From: a virus
IMG/VR virus record: IMGVR_UViG_3300036401_000102
Location: 2,723-66,722 of that record
Direction: 5' to 3' (one strand)
DNA: 64,000 bases
This document shows, one piece after another, positions 37,202-46,272 of this stretch (positions are counted from its first letter, which is position 1; each line of letters starts with the position of its first letter). The notes below the pieces were generated by a model that was not told the origin of the DNA, ran no database searches, and worked only from the letters and a program-made list of their open reading frames with translations. The position numbers were made by a program, and so were the translations under genes.

Positions 37202-38138
37202 AGTCATCGCCGAGATCGGGCTGAACCATAACGGATCGCTGGACCGCGCCAAGAAGTTGATTGACGCCGCGAAGACTGCCGGCGCCGACACGGCGAAGTT
37301 TCAGGCGAGTCATCCCGAAGCCGAGATCAGCCGCCGCTACGAGCAGGCGCAGTTCGACATGATCAGCGAGTTGATCCTGGCCATGGACGAACTCGCGGTG
37401 TGCAAGGCGCACTGCGAACAGGTCGGAATGCGGTTTCTCTGCACCCCGGCCGACGTGCGCAGCATTGACGCTCTCGTTGCGATGGGCGTCGACCGGCTCA
37501 AGATCGGCAGCGACAACCTGACGAACGCGGAGTTTCTGTACCACGCCGAGGAAACGTTGCTGCCGCTCATCGTCTCCACCGGCATGGCGAACGATGCGGA
37601 GATCGCGGCGGCGTGCGAACTCGTCGGCTATTACCAACTCACGCTGCTCCACTGCACCAGCGCGTACCCGTGTGACGTGAAGGACGCGAACCTCGCGGCG
37701 ATCCCAAGCATGATCGCGCAGTGGCCCGCGCTGATCGGTTGGTCCGACCACACCACGTCGCTCACGCTACCCGCCGTCGCGGTTGGGCTCGGCGCCGTGA
37801 TAATCGAGAAGCACATCACGTTGAGCCGGAGCGACGATGGCCCGGACCATGATGCATCGCTTACGCCGGAGATGTTCGAGGAAATGGTGCGTCGCATCCG
37901 CGAGACCGAGGCCGCGATGGGCGACGGCGAAAAGCGGATGATGGATTGCGAGATCCAGACGGCGTACCGGATGCGCAAGAGCCTGATCGCCGCAGAGCCG
38001 ATCCGCGCGGGCGAGACATTCACCCGCGCGAACCTCACCGCGAAGCGCCCAGGCTGGGGCCACTCCGCAATGGACTATCACGCGCGGCTCGGCACGGTCG
38101 CGATGCGGGACTACGACGCAGACGAGATGGTGGATTGA
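37194..38138 (+). CDS. neuB: Nonulosonic acid synthase (NeuB/LegI family) with SAF domain
   Basis: IAEIGLNHNGS, KFQ, KIGS, IVSTGMA, LLHCTSAYP, GWSDHT, IEKHITL, GPDH.ASL, RKSL and KRPG.G. Confidence 0.95.
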   Translation: MVEVIAEIGLNHNGSLDRAKKLIDAAKTAGADTAKFQASHPEAEISRRYEQAQFDMISELILAMDELAVCKAHCEQVGMRFLCTPADVRSIDALVAMGVDRLKIGSDNLTNAEFLYHAEETLLPLIVSTGMANDAEIAAACELVGYYQLTLLHCTSAYPCDVKDANLAAIPSMIAQWPALIGWSDHTTSLTLPAVAVGLGAVIIEKHITLSRSDDGPDHDASLTPEMFEEMVRRIRETEAAMGDGEKRMMDCEIQTAYRMRKSLIAAEPIRAGETFTRANLTAKRPGWGHSAMDYHARLGTVAMRDYDADEMVD

Positions 38139-38305
38139 TGCCCATTGATCCTCGCGCAGCAAGAATCAAAATAGATGGCGGCCAAGTCTATGTCACCGAG
38201 TCCTATCTGATGCAGACGATGAGAAACTCTCGCCGCGATGGTTTGATTGTCGGTCTTATGCTCGGTCTCGTCGTGGGTTTCTTCGCAAGGTCTTTTTTTC
38301 AATGA
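38138..38305 (+). CDS. Small membrane protein
   Basis: C-terminal TM; coupled to both neighbours. Confidence 0.55.
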   Translation: MPIDPRAARIKIDGGQVYVTESYLMQTMRNSRRDGLIVGLMLGLVVGFFARSFFQ

Positions 38306-38955
38306 AAATCCTTACCATCATCCCCGCTCGCATGGGCTCCAAGCGCATCCCGCAGAAGAACCTAGCGATGCTGGGCGAGTGGCCGCTGTTCGTGTGGGCG
38401 ATCAACGCGGCGCACGCGGCGGGGCAGTATTGCGTGCACGTCTCGACCGACAGCCCGATCACAGCCAACATCGCACAGCAATACGGGTGCCACGCACCAC
38501 ATCGCCCCCCCGCTCTCGCTGGCGATGATGTCCCCATGATCAATGTGGTGCGCGAGCTTGCGAGCCGACACGCGGACAGTGGGTTTGACGCGGTGCTCTT
38601 GCTGCAGCCTACGTCCCCGTTCCGCACCGCCGACGACATTCGCGCAGCGATCAAACTGATGGAAGAGAACGGCGCCGAGTCCGTGATCTCGGTCACCGAC
38701 GCGCCGAGCGATCTCGTGTTCGAGGTCGGCCACGCCGGACGGCTGCGCAACATCCGCGCCATTGACCCGCTCGTGGTTCCGAACGGCGCGATCTTCCTGA
38801 TCAGGACCGAGTTCGTGTTCACCTCGACGTGGTGGGACTGCGTCGCCTATGCGTACCGGATGCCGAAGGAACGATCGATCGACATCGACACGGCGGCCGA
38901 TCTGGAGCAGGCGCGCGACATGGTCGCGAAGATGGAGCGCAGCAATGCCGTTTGA
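38302..38955 (+). CDS. neuA: CMP-nonulosonic acid synthetase (NeuA/LegF cytidylyltransferase)
   Basis: IIPARMGSKRIPQKN, VSTDS, LLQPTSPFR, NGAIF and SIDIDT..D. Confidence 0.95.
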   Translation: MKILTIIPARMGSKRIPQKNLAMLGEWPLFVWAINAAHAAGQYCVHVSTDSPITANIAQQYGCHAPHRPPALAGDDVPMINVVRELASRHADSGFDAVLLLQPTSPFRTADDIRAAIKLMEENGAESVISVTDAPSDLVFEVGHAGRLRNIRAIDPLVVPNGAIFLIRTEFVFTSTWWDCVAYAYRMPKERSIDIDTAADLEQARDMVAKMERSNAV

Positions 38956-40084
38956 CCCTCGCGTGGTCGTGGACGCGGTACGCAGCGTCATAGGGCCGGG
39001 CAAGGTCGGGCTGCACGACCCGGACATAGCGATGATCGACCTCACGAACGTCGCGCACTGCGCGCTCAATGAGCCGGTCGGCTATGGCTACATCAACCAA
39101 CTCGAAATGCTCCTGGCCGCGAAGTGCCAGCGCGAGCACGCCGTTGCGGTGTCCAGCGGGACCGCCGCGCTGCACCTCGCATTGCTGGCGGTGGGCGTCC
39201 GGCCCGGCGACGAGGTCATAGTGCCCGACATGACGTTCATTGCGGCGGCCAATGCGGTGACGTATTGCGGCGCGCATCCGCTGTTGCTCGACGTGAACCA
39301 CGACGGGTTGAGCGGCGTCTACGCAGGCGGATTGCTGGCAGAGTTCCTTGATATGTCAGTGCTACGCAAGAGCGGCCGATATTCTCCCATAACCGGACGT
39401 AGGCTCGCCGCCGTTATCGTAGTGGATCTATTGGGCGTCCCGGCCGATCTCGCTACCACGGCCGCGCTCTGCAATGCCTACGGCGTTCCTATGATCGAGG
39501 ACGCAGCCGAGGCGTTGGGTAGCTCAGCTCACGGCGCGGCATGCGGCTCGTTCGGCGACGTGTCGATACTGAGCTTCAACAACAACAAGATCGTCACCAG
39601 CGGCGGCGGCGGCGCGGTGCTGACCAATGACGAGCGCATAGCGGCGCGCGTCCGCTACCTCGCCACCACGGCCAAGGTCCCGTTCACGGCCCGCTATGAT
39701 CACACTGAGGTCGGCTTCAACTACCGCATGCCGAACCTATGCGCCGCGCTCGCGCTCGGGCAGCTACAGCGCATAGGGGAGTTGGTGAAGCGCAAGCGGG
39801 CTCTCGCTGCGCGTTACGGTAATGCTTTCGCTTCTGAGTTTGACGTAATCGATAGCACCGTGCCCTACGCAAACTGCTGGCTCAATGCGATCAATATTGA
39901 GCCAGAGAACCACGCGCCCACAATGCAGGCGCTGGCCGACGCCGGCATTCCGTGCCGCGCGCTGTTCACCCCGCTCCATAGGCAGGCGCCGTACCGGGAC
40001 GCACCGCGCATCGCAGCGTCGCGGGCCACGGCGGACTTCCTGTTCGAGCGCATCGTCTGCCTGCCATCGGGGCCGAACCTGTGA
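38945..40084 (+). CDS. LegC-like sugar aminotransferase (DegT/DnrJ/EryC1/StrS family)
   Basis: LHDP, SSGTAALHLAL, TFIAAANAV.Y, EDAAEALGS, SFNNNKIVTSGGGG, L.TTAK, H.EVGFNYRMPN and LPS. Confidence 0.92.
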   Translation: MPFDPRVVVDAVRSVIGPGKVGLHDPDIAMIDLTNVAHCALNEPVGYGYINQLEMLLAAKCQREHAVAVSSGTAALHLALLAVGVRPGDEVIVPDMTFIAAANAVTYCGAHPLLLDVNHDGLSGVYAGGLLAEFLDMSVLRKSGRYSPITGRRLAAVIVVDLLGVPADLATTAALCNAYGVPMIEDAAEALGSSAHGAACGSFGDVSILSFNNNKIVTSGGGGAVLTNDERIAARVRYLATTAKVPFTARYDHTEVGFNYRMPNLCAALALGQLQRIGELVKRKRALAARYGNAFASEFDVIDSTVPYANCWLNAINIEPENHAPTMQALADAGIPCRALFTPLHRQAPYRDAPRIAASRATADFLFERIVCLPSGPNL

Positions 40085-40293
40085 CGACATGGCGACATAA
40101 GAAACGCGGCACGGTCTACGAGATCGTTAGCGATAGCGCATCGATCCAGTGTTCTGCTGCGCCAGATTTCGAGGCGCAATTTGAGAACGAGAACTGGACT
40201 GTCTACCGCAACGTCGCAACCGGAGCGGTTTGGGTGCGGCCGACCGAGGAATTCATGGACGGCCGCTTTGAGCGCATTGAGGAACCAGAATGA
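40081..40293 (+). CDS. DUF1653-like small protein
   Basis: WRHKK.G..Y, VYR......WVRP..EF.DGRF. Confidence 0.7.
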   Translation: MTTWRHKKRGTVYEIVSDSASIQCSAAPDFEAQFENENWTVYRNVATGAVWVRPTEEFMDGRFERIEEPE

Positions 40294-41351
40294 AAGTTGC
40301 TGTAATCACCACATCCCGCGCCGATTGGAACGCCCTCGGCATGGTGGCCGACGCGATGCGGGCCGATGGCGGGTTCGATGTCAGTATCGTCATGGTCGAC
40401 AGCGTGCAGGGCAAAGCGGTACGTGATGAAGGATGGTTCCCTTCCATCATTTACTCCGGCGCGGGCTCATCGTATCCGACGCGATCTGGAAACATAGTCG
40501 ATGCTGTGGGCGACCTATTGCTCAGAGAAAATCCCGACCTCGTCATGATCCTCGGCGACCGGTGGGAAACCCTCGCCGTAGCGATGGGCGCCGCAATGGC
40601 GGGCATACCGATCGCGCACCTGTCCGGCGGCGACATCACCTACGGCTCGCTCGACGACCGCTACAGGAACGCGATCAGCCATCTTTCGCAGTGGCACTTC
40701 GCGACGCATAAGGACGCGGTGTTGCGACTGCTCAAGATGGACGTTCCGGGCCGCGTCTGGAACGTCGGATCTCCGGCCGTTGATCGCATCGCGCAGACCG
40801 AATGCTACGGACGCGCCGCAGTGATGGAAATGTGCGGGCTCGCACAATGCGAACATCTCGCTCTGATCAATTGGCAGCCCGAGACGGCGAACAAAGACCC
40901 CAATCTAGGTTTGCGTGAACTGCTCTTCGAAGTCGGCGCCTACGACCCTGACAAATGGGCTTATGTGTTCGTCGGCCAGAACGACGACGTCAGGTCGAAA
41001 GAAGCCGCCGCGATGATCGCGAGACACACGCGACCGAACACCGTCATCATCCCGAACATGGCGCCGCGCCTCTACCTGTCCGCGCTGCGCTGGTGCGACG
41101 TGCTCGTAGGAAATTCATCGAGCGGTATCTATGAGGCGCCGGCATTCGGAACTCCTGTCGTCAACATCGGTGACCGGCAACGCGGTCGGCCCACGCCGCG
41201 CAACGTCGTCCATGCTGAGCGCAACAGCACCGACATATCCGCCGCTATTACGAACGTCGTGATGCGCGGGCGCCTCGATGCAGACCTGCTATTTGGCGAC
41301 GGCACCGCATCACAAAAGATCGTCGAGGTTCTCAAACACTTGCCGTTGTAG
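40290..41351 (+). CDS. neuC: Hydrolysing UDP/GDP-N-acetylhexosamine 2-epimerase (NeuC/LegG family)
   Basis: T.SRAD, LGDRWE, IAHLSGGD.T.GS.DD..RNAIS.LS..HF, VGNSSSGI.EAP and VNIGDRQ.GR. Confidence 0.93.
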   Translation: MKVAVITTSRADWNALGMVADAMRADGGFDVSIVMVDSVQGKAVRDEGWFPSIIYSGAGSSYPTRSGNIVDAVGDLLLRENPDLVMILGDRWETLAVAMGAAMAGIPIAHLSGGDITYGSLDDRYRNAISHLSQWHFATHKDAVLRLLKMDVPGRVWNVGSPAVDRIAQTECYGRAAVMEMCGLAQCEHLALINWQPETANKDPNLGLRELLFEVGAYDPDKWAYVFVGQNDDVRSKEAAAMIARHTRPNTVIIPNMAPRLYLSALRWCDVLVGNSSSGIYEAPAFGTPVVNIGDRQRGRPTPRNVVHAERNSTDISAAITNVVMRGRLDADLLFGDGTASQKIVEVLKHLPL

Positions 41352-41354
41352 GGA

Positions 41355-41885
41355 GTGCTCCGCATGTATGCGACCGCGCAGGAAATGAGAGCGAGCTATC
41401 ACGCGATCAGGACACGTCTCTATGGAGACCGCTGGTCCGAAACTGCGCCGGAAATTGTGATCGAGCCCGAGCCGTTCGTGATGGAGGACGAGCCGGAGAG
41501 GTTCAAATACGAGCGGTCTCCCGTGCTCTACTTCGCACCGCTGCACATGGCCAAGCGCCCCGCGATCGTGATGACGACGTTCTGCCGCGTCTCCGGCATG
41601 ACGCGCGAGCAGGTTTGGCAGCATTGCCGCGCCGCACGGGTCGGAAACCCCCGTGCCATCGCGTGGCGGCTGCTGCGTGAGTTTACGGGCATGTCGTGGC
41701 TTAGCATCGCCAAGCTTGGCGGGTTCGATCACACATCGGTGCTGTACGGCGTCCAGCGATCGGCTGTGCTGGTCAAGAGCAAGCCGGAGATGCGCGTGCT
41801 CTACGAGACGGCTCGCGCGCACATCCTGGCGGTGATCGCGAAACAGAACAACCCGCAATTCGTGATAGACGAGGGCGCGTTATGA
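41355..41885 (+). CDS. Protein with DnaA C-terminal-like HTH
   Basis: R.....PR.IA..L.RE.T.MS...IA...G.DHTSVLYG. Confidence 0.75.
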   Translation: MLRMYATAQEMRASYHAIRTRLYGDRWSETAPEIVIEPEPFVMEDEPERFKYERSPVLYFAPLHMAKRPAIVMTTFCRVSGMTREQVWQHCRAARVGNPRAIAWRLLREFTGMSWLSIAKLGGFDHTSVLYGVQRSAVLVKSKPEMRVLYETARAHILAVIAKQNNPQFVIDEGAL

Positions 41886-42460
41886 CATTCGATCATGCAT
41901 GGGAAGCGGAGCACGCGCGCAGGCAATGGGGCACGCTGGCAAACGAACACCTCGTGCGCTTCATTACGCGCAACTACGCCGAGGGATCGCTATGCCACTT
42001 CCTCGACCTCGGCGCGGGGGCCGGCGCGCAGTCCATGTTCCTGTCCAATCACGGCCGCGTCGTTGCGGTTGATGGATCACAGACCGCTCTCGACCGCATT
42101 CGTCACGCCACGCCGTGCATCGTTACGCAATGCATCGACCTCGTCGAATTGCAGTTCCCGCAATATCAGTTCGACTGCATCGTGGACGTGGCGAGCCTGC
42201 AGTGCCTGCCGATCGACGAGGCATGGGTGATCATCAAGCGCGCGCGCCGCTGGCTCAAGCCGGGCGGGTTCTTCTTCTCGTTCACCGACGCAGGGTCTGA
42301 CCCCGCGCTCCACACCATCGGCGCCGTCTATCCGCGTACCGAACTCGAATTGACCCATATGTTCAGCGGCTACGACGTGAGACGTGGCAGCGAGACAGTT
42401 GAGCGGCCGGATGGCACCCGCACGGCACACTGGATCATCGAGGCCAAGGTCAAGCCGTGA
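41882..42460 (+). CDS. Class I SAM-dependent methyltransferase of the type found in glycosylation loci
   Basis: NEHLVRFI.RNY, LDLGAGAG, VDGS..A and LKPGG.FF. Confidence 0.85.
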   Translation: MTFDHAWEAEHARRQWGTLANEHLVRFITRNYAEGSLCHFLDLGAGAGAQSMFLSNHGRVVAVDGSQTALDRIRHATPCIVTQCIDLVELQFPQYQFDCIVDVASLQCLPIDEAWVIIKRARRWLKPGGFFFSFTDAGSDPALHTIGAVYPRTELELTHMFSGYDVRRGSETVERPDGTRTAHWIIEAKVKP

Positions 42461-42666
42461 ACCTTCAACCACGGTTCGGCCAATCGCTCACTCGACGTGA
42501 GCACCAAGTCGCCGTGGCGCTTCTGTTCGGCCACCCCCGCAAGACCATCGCGCATGAGTTACAGATCGAGATAAAGACCGTGGACCAGCATATCTTCCGG
42601 CTTCACGCCAAGCTCGGCGTGCATCGGAACACGGATCTGGTGCGCATGCTGTTGAGCGGATCATGA
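42457..42666 (+). CDS. LuxR-type HTH regulator
   Basis: LT.RE.QV...L..G...K.IA.EL.I..KTV..H.......LGV. Confidence 0.85.
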   Translation: MNLQPRFGQSLTRREHQVAVALLFGHPRKTIAHELQIEIKTVDQHIFRLHAKLGVHRNTDLVRMLLSGS

Positions 42667-42793
42667 CGACGCCCCCGCGCTGCGAGGTCTGCCTCGGTAC
42701 CCGCATCATGGTGGTGTGCATCGGCTCCGTTTGGGGCCGCATGGTTTGGGTGAAGGCATACGAGATGCGGCCATGCTTTGCGTGCGAGGGCTG

Positions 42794-43219
42794 ATGCCGA
42801 TCAGGCCAGAAAACAAGGTGCGCTATCCGAAAGACTGGGACGCGATCTCTCGCTCAATCCGCGAGCGCGCGGGCAACAAATGCGAAGACTGCGGCGTGCC
42901 GAATTACGAATACGGCGGCCGTGCTCCGGACGGCACGTGGCACAAGTCATTGCCGATCGGCGAGAAACTGCTGCGCATCGAATGGCCACAGCCCGGTGAG
43001 TACGCATGGTGTGCTGGCTGGACGCGCGAGAAACTGCGCATCGTTCGGATCGTGCTCACCGTCGCCCACCTCGACCACAAGCCAGAGAATTGCGACCCCG
43101 CAAACCTCAAAGCATGGTGCCAGCGCTGCCATAACCGCTACGACGCAGCCGAACGGCGCAGGGGCATCAAGGAACGCGCCCGCGCCAAGGCAGCAAGCGG
43201 CGACCTGTTCTGCGATTGA
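42794..43219 (+). CDS. HNH-like protein
   Basis: RYP.DW..IS, CE.CG and VLTVAHLDH.PENC...NL.A.CQRCHN.YD. Confidence 0.8.
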   Translation: MPIRPENKVRYPKDWDAISRSIRERAGNKCEDCGVPNYEYGGRAPDGTWHKSLPIGEKLLRIEWPQPGEYAWCAGWTREKLRIVRIVLTVAHLDHKPENCDPANLKAWCQRCHNRYDAAERRRGIKERARAKAASGDLFCD

Positions 43220-43254
43220 CACAATATGTTAGACTGTAGTCTAACCGTTAGACT
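43216..43254 (+). promoter_or_regulatory. Promoter-like -35 with triple GTTAGACT operator-like repeat
   Basis: TTGACA at 43216; GTTAGACT (43228), AGTCTAAC (43238), GTTAGACT (43247). Confidence 0.6.
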
Positions 43255-43440
43255 ATGCAGGCTAACAGCATCCATCCCGTGATCGACCGCGTGCGCCGGG
43301 CCATGCCTCGCAACATGGACGTGATGGCAATCTGCGACCGATGCGAGGAACTGGAGCGCGTCGCGGTCAAGCCGAAGTTTGACAAACGGGCCTATCAGCG
43401 CGAACTAATGCGCAAGCGCCGTGCAACCAAAATAGTTTGA
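43255..43440 (+). CDS. Small basic protein
   Basis: C-terminal KFDKRAYQRELMRKRRA basic helix. Confidence 0.6.
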   Translation: MQANSIHPVIDRVRRAMPRNMDVMAICDRCEELERVAVKPKFDKRAYQRELMRKRRATKIV

Positions 43441-43442
43441 AG

Positions 43443-43859
43443 ATGGCAGCACCGAAGGGACACAAGCGATACGGCGGCCGGACGAAGGGCCAGACCAACC
43501 TTGCGACGCGCGAGCGTGAGGCGGCCGTCGCCGAGGCGCTGAGTAATCCGTCGTCAGACGATACGCTGAGCAAGCGCACGCTGGTCAAGGTGATCAAGCA
43601 TTTTGAGGGGCTCGCGGCGAAGCACAAGGCGGCTGGGGACGAGAAATCGTTCATGCACTGCCTCAAGCTCGCGGGGGACTTCGCGGCCAAGCTGATGCCG
43701 TTCCAGTATCCGACGCTGCAGTCCGTCGCCGTTCGCCAACTGCCACCGCTCCGACCAGAGGATCTGGATGACGATCAACTTCGAGCGGCTATCGCTCTTG
43801 AGAGCGCGCTTACCGCCGCTGGCGGAGATGCAGGCCGAACTCTTAAGACGGTCAACTAG
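43443..43859 (+). CDS. terS: Terminase small subunit
   Basis: GGR.KG..N N-terminus, 'A..L.PFQYP.L', 'DLDDDQL'; directly before TerL. Confidence 0.75.
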   Translation: MAAPKGHKRYGGRTKGQTNLATREREAAVAEALSNPSSDDTLSKRTLVKVIKHFEGLAAKHKAAGDEKSFMHCLKLAGDFAAKLMPFQYPTLQSVAVRQLPPLRPEDLDDDQLRAAIALESALTAAGGDAGRTLKTVN

Positions 43860-45477
43860 CGCTGCCGTCACGCATGACCGCGACGCGGTGCGCGAGCGCT
43901 GCAAGACGCTGAGCGGGTTCATCCGCGAGGCGTGGCACGTGATCTTTCCCGCTACGCCGTACGTCGAGAACTGGCACATCGAGGCGAAGTGCGCGCACTT
44001 CGAGGCGGTCAGTCGCGGCGCGCTGCTCGCGTTGGGGTACGAGAACCGCATCGTGACGAACGAGCCCCCAGGCACGATGAAGAGCTTGGCGATGTGCGTG
44101 TTCTGGCTGGCCTACGAGTGGGGTCCGCTGAACATGGCCGAGCTGCAGGCCATCGCTGCGTCGTACCGCATCGACTTCTGTCTCCGCGATCAAGCGCGGT
44201 TCTCCAAGCTCGTGAACAGCGGCTGGTATCAATCGTTATGGCCGCACGTCGAGATCACCGGCGACTCGTCGACGAAACTTGAGAACTCGCGCGGCGGCAA
44301 GCGCGAGGCAATTCCGTTCCCGTCGCTGACCGGCGCACGGTCCGATCGGCTCTACATCGACGATCCTCATTCCGTTGACACGGCCGAGTCGGACGCAGAC
44401 CGCGAGAGCGCAGAGCGGAGATTTCGCGAAAGCGCGACAAACCGCATGAACGACCCGATCACATCGTTCATCGGCGTGATCATGCAGCGGCTTCACCAGA
44501 TGGACATCACGGGCGTGATCGCCAAGAGCCGGATGCCGTATCTGCATCTGCTGTTCCCGATGCGGTTCGACCCGCAGCGATGCTGCTACTCGCCCGTGCC
44601 AAACGACACCAAGCCGCAGCGGATGCGCCATCTGTGGTCGCGCCAGATGTGGCTGCCCGATACTTGGAAGCCGGTTGCGGAAGGTGAACAGGCGTGGGCC
44701 GAAGAGTTTGCGTCGGCTCGCGTCGAGACTGTGTACCGATGGGACAAGCGTACCAAGGCTGGAGAGTTGCTGTTCCCCGACCGTTTTCCGCGCGCCGTGG
44801 TCGAGCGCGACGAGGCCGCGATGGGGGCGCACGCCACGGCGTCGCAATACGATCAGCGGCCCAATCCGCGCGGCGGCCTCAAGTTCAAGCGCCACAACTT
44901 CCCGATCGTGAAGGCGGTCCCGAGCGGATGCCGCACCGTGCGTGGCTGGGACTTGGCGGCATCGGAGAACCGCAATTCGGCCTATACGTGCGGGCTCAAG
45001 CTGTCGTTCCATCCCCCGACGCGGCATTTCTACGTCGAGCACGTCGTGCGGGTGCGCACCGAGAACGTCGAGCCGGTCATTCTCAACACTGCGCGCCAGG
45101 ACAATAACAACGGCCATCGCGTCGAGATCAGCCTGCCGCAGGATCCGGGGCAGGCCGGCAAGGTCCAGGTCAAGGCGCTCGTCGGCGCGCTGATCGGCTT
45201 CATCGTGCATCGGTCCCCGGAGAGCGGCGACAAGCTGGCGCGCGCCGAGCCTGTGATCGCGCAGTCCGAGGCGGGAAACATCTCGATCCTTGAGGGCGAT
45301 TGGAACGAGGCGTTCCTCGACGAGATCGAGCTATTCCCGTCTGGCACGTTCAAGGATCAGGTCGACGCCCTCTCGCGTGCGTTCAGCCGATTCGTTATGA
45401 CTCCGATGGAGTACGTCATGCCGCCAATCGTGGTGACGCGGCAGCGGGAGACGGCGTGGGACAATCAAGGGAACTGA
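43768..45477 (+). CDS. terL: Terminase large subunit
   Basis: NWHI, Walker A PPGTMKS, Walker B YIDDPH, IMQRLH..D, WDLA and DQVDA. Confidence 0.95.
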   Translation: MTINFERLSLLRARLPPLAEMQAELLRRSTSAAVTHDRDAVRERCKTLSGFIREAWHVIFPATPYVENWHIEAKCAHFEAVSRGALLALGYENRIVTNEPPGTMKSLAMCVFWLAYEWGPLNMAELQAIAASYRIDFCLRDQARFSKLVNSGWYQSLWPHVEITGDSSTKLENSRGGKREAIPFPSLTGARSDRLYIDDPHSVDTAESDADRESAERRFRESATNRMNDPITSFIGVIMQRLHQMDITGVIAKSRMPYLHLLFPMRFDPQRCCYSPVPNDTKPQRMRHLWSRQMWLPDTWKPVAEGEQAWAEEFASARVETVYRWDKRTKAGELLFPDRFPRAVVERDEAAMGAHATASQYDQRPNPRGGLKFKRHNFPIVKAVPSGCRTVRGWDLAASENRNSAYTCGLKLSFHPPTRHFYVEHVVRVRTENVEPVILNTARQDNNNGHRVEISLPQDPGQAGKVQVKALVGALIGFIVHRSPESGDKLARAEPVIAQSEAGNISILEGDWNEAFLDEIELFPSGTFKDQVDALSRAFSRFVMTPMEYVMPPIVVTRQRETAWDNQGN

Positions 45478-45479
45478 TC

Positions 45480-46247
45480 ATGTTCGGACCATTCAAGTTT
45501 GATTTGGAACCGGGGCGAAATTGGCGCGATCATGCGTCGAACGCTGCGGATTGGGATGTGTGGGATAAGGCGTGGCGTCACAAACTCGGATGGCGTGCTG
45601 GCCTCCGCATCTGGGGCAAGACGAACGTGCCGCGATCACGGGTGTTAATATCCCGACACTGGCCACATCGTCTCTGCTGGACGTGGTCGCTTTGGGTTGG
45701 GTTGTGGCGCAATGGATATGATGGTCCGCGCCGCGTCTCGTTCGTTGTGTCAAGGCAATGGCGCCATGCTGAAATGTGGCTATGGTTCGGATACGCGCGC
45801 TTATCTTGGCAGGATTCAACGTGGATGGTTGCGGTTGGCCCGACGTACAAACCGAATGCGCCAAAAATATACTGGAAGCATCATCTCCAGAACGCAGAAC
45901 CAGCGGGCAGCGCGTGACGACTGATGTCCCTCTCAGAACGCCAACTCATAGCCGACATGACGCAGGCGTTCGACGCACTGGGGCCGCTGGCGCGCGAGGC
46001 TGTGGCTGCCTCGCCGATAGAGATCACGGTCGGGGACATGCTCACTGCATGGGCGCGGGCAAATCCTGGCATGATCTGCGTCAACGGCGCGACGCAGCCT
46101 CGGAACAAGTGGCCGCTCTCGGATCCTGCCGTTGACGCCAGCGTTGCCGCGTTCGTGCGCGACGCCGTCAAACGCAAGATGGGCAAGCCCGCCGAGGCGT
46201 TCGTGCTCCGGCCAATTGTAAAACGGCGCCGTTTGGTGCAAACGTAG
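45480..46247 (+). CDS. Two hypothetical genes between terL and portal (45480-45917 Trp-rich; 45924-46247)
   Basis: Closely spaced ORFs. Confidence 0.55.
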
Positions 46248-46272
46248 CGCTCCCGCCGTGGAGCACCGCCCG

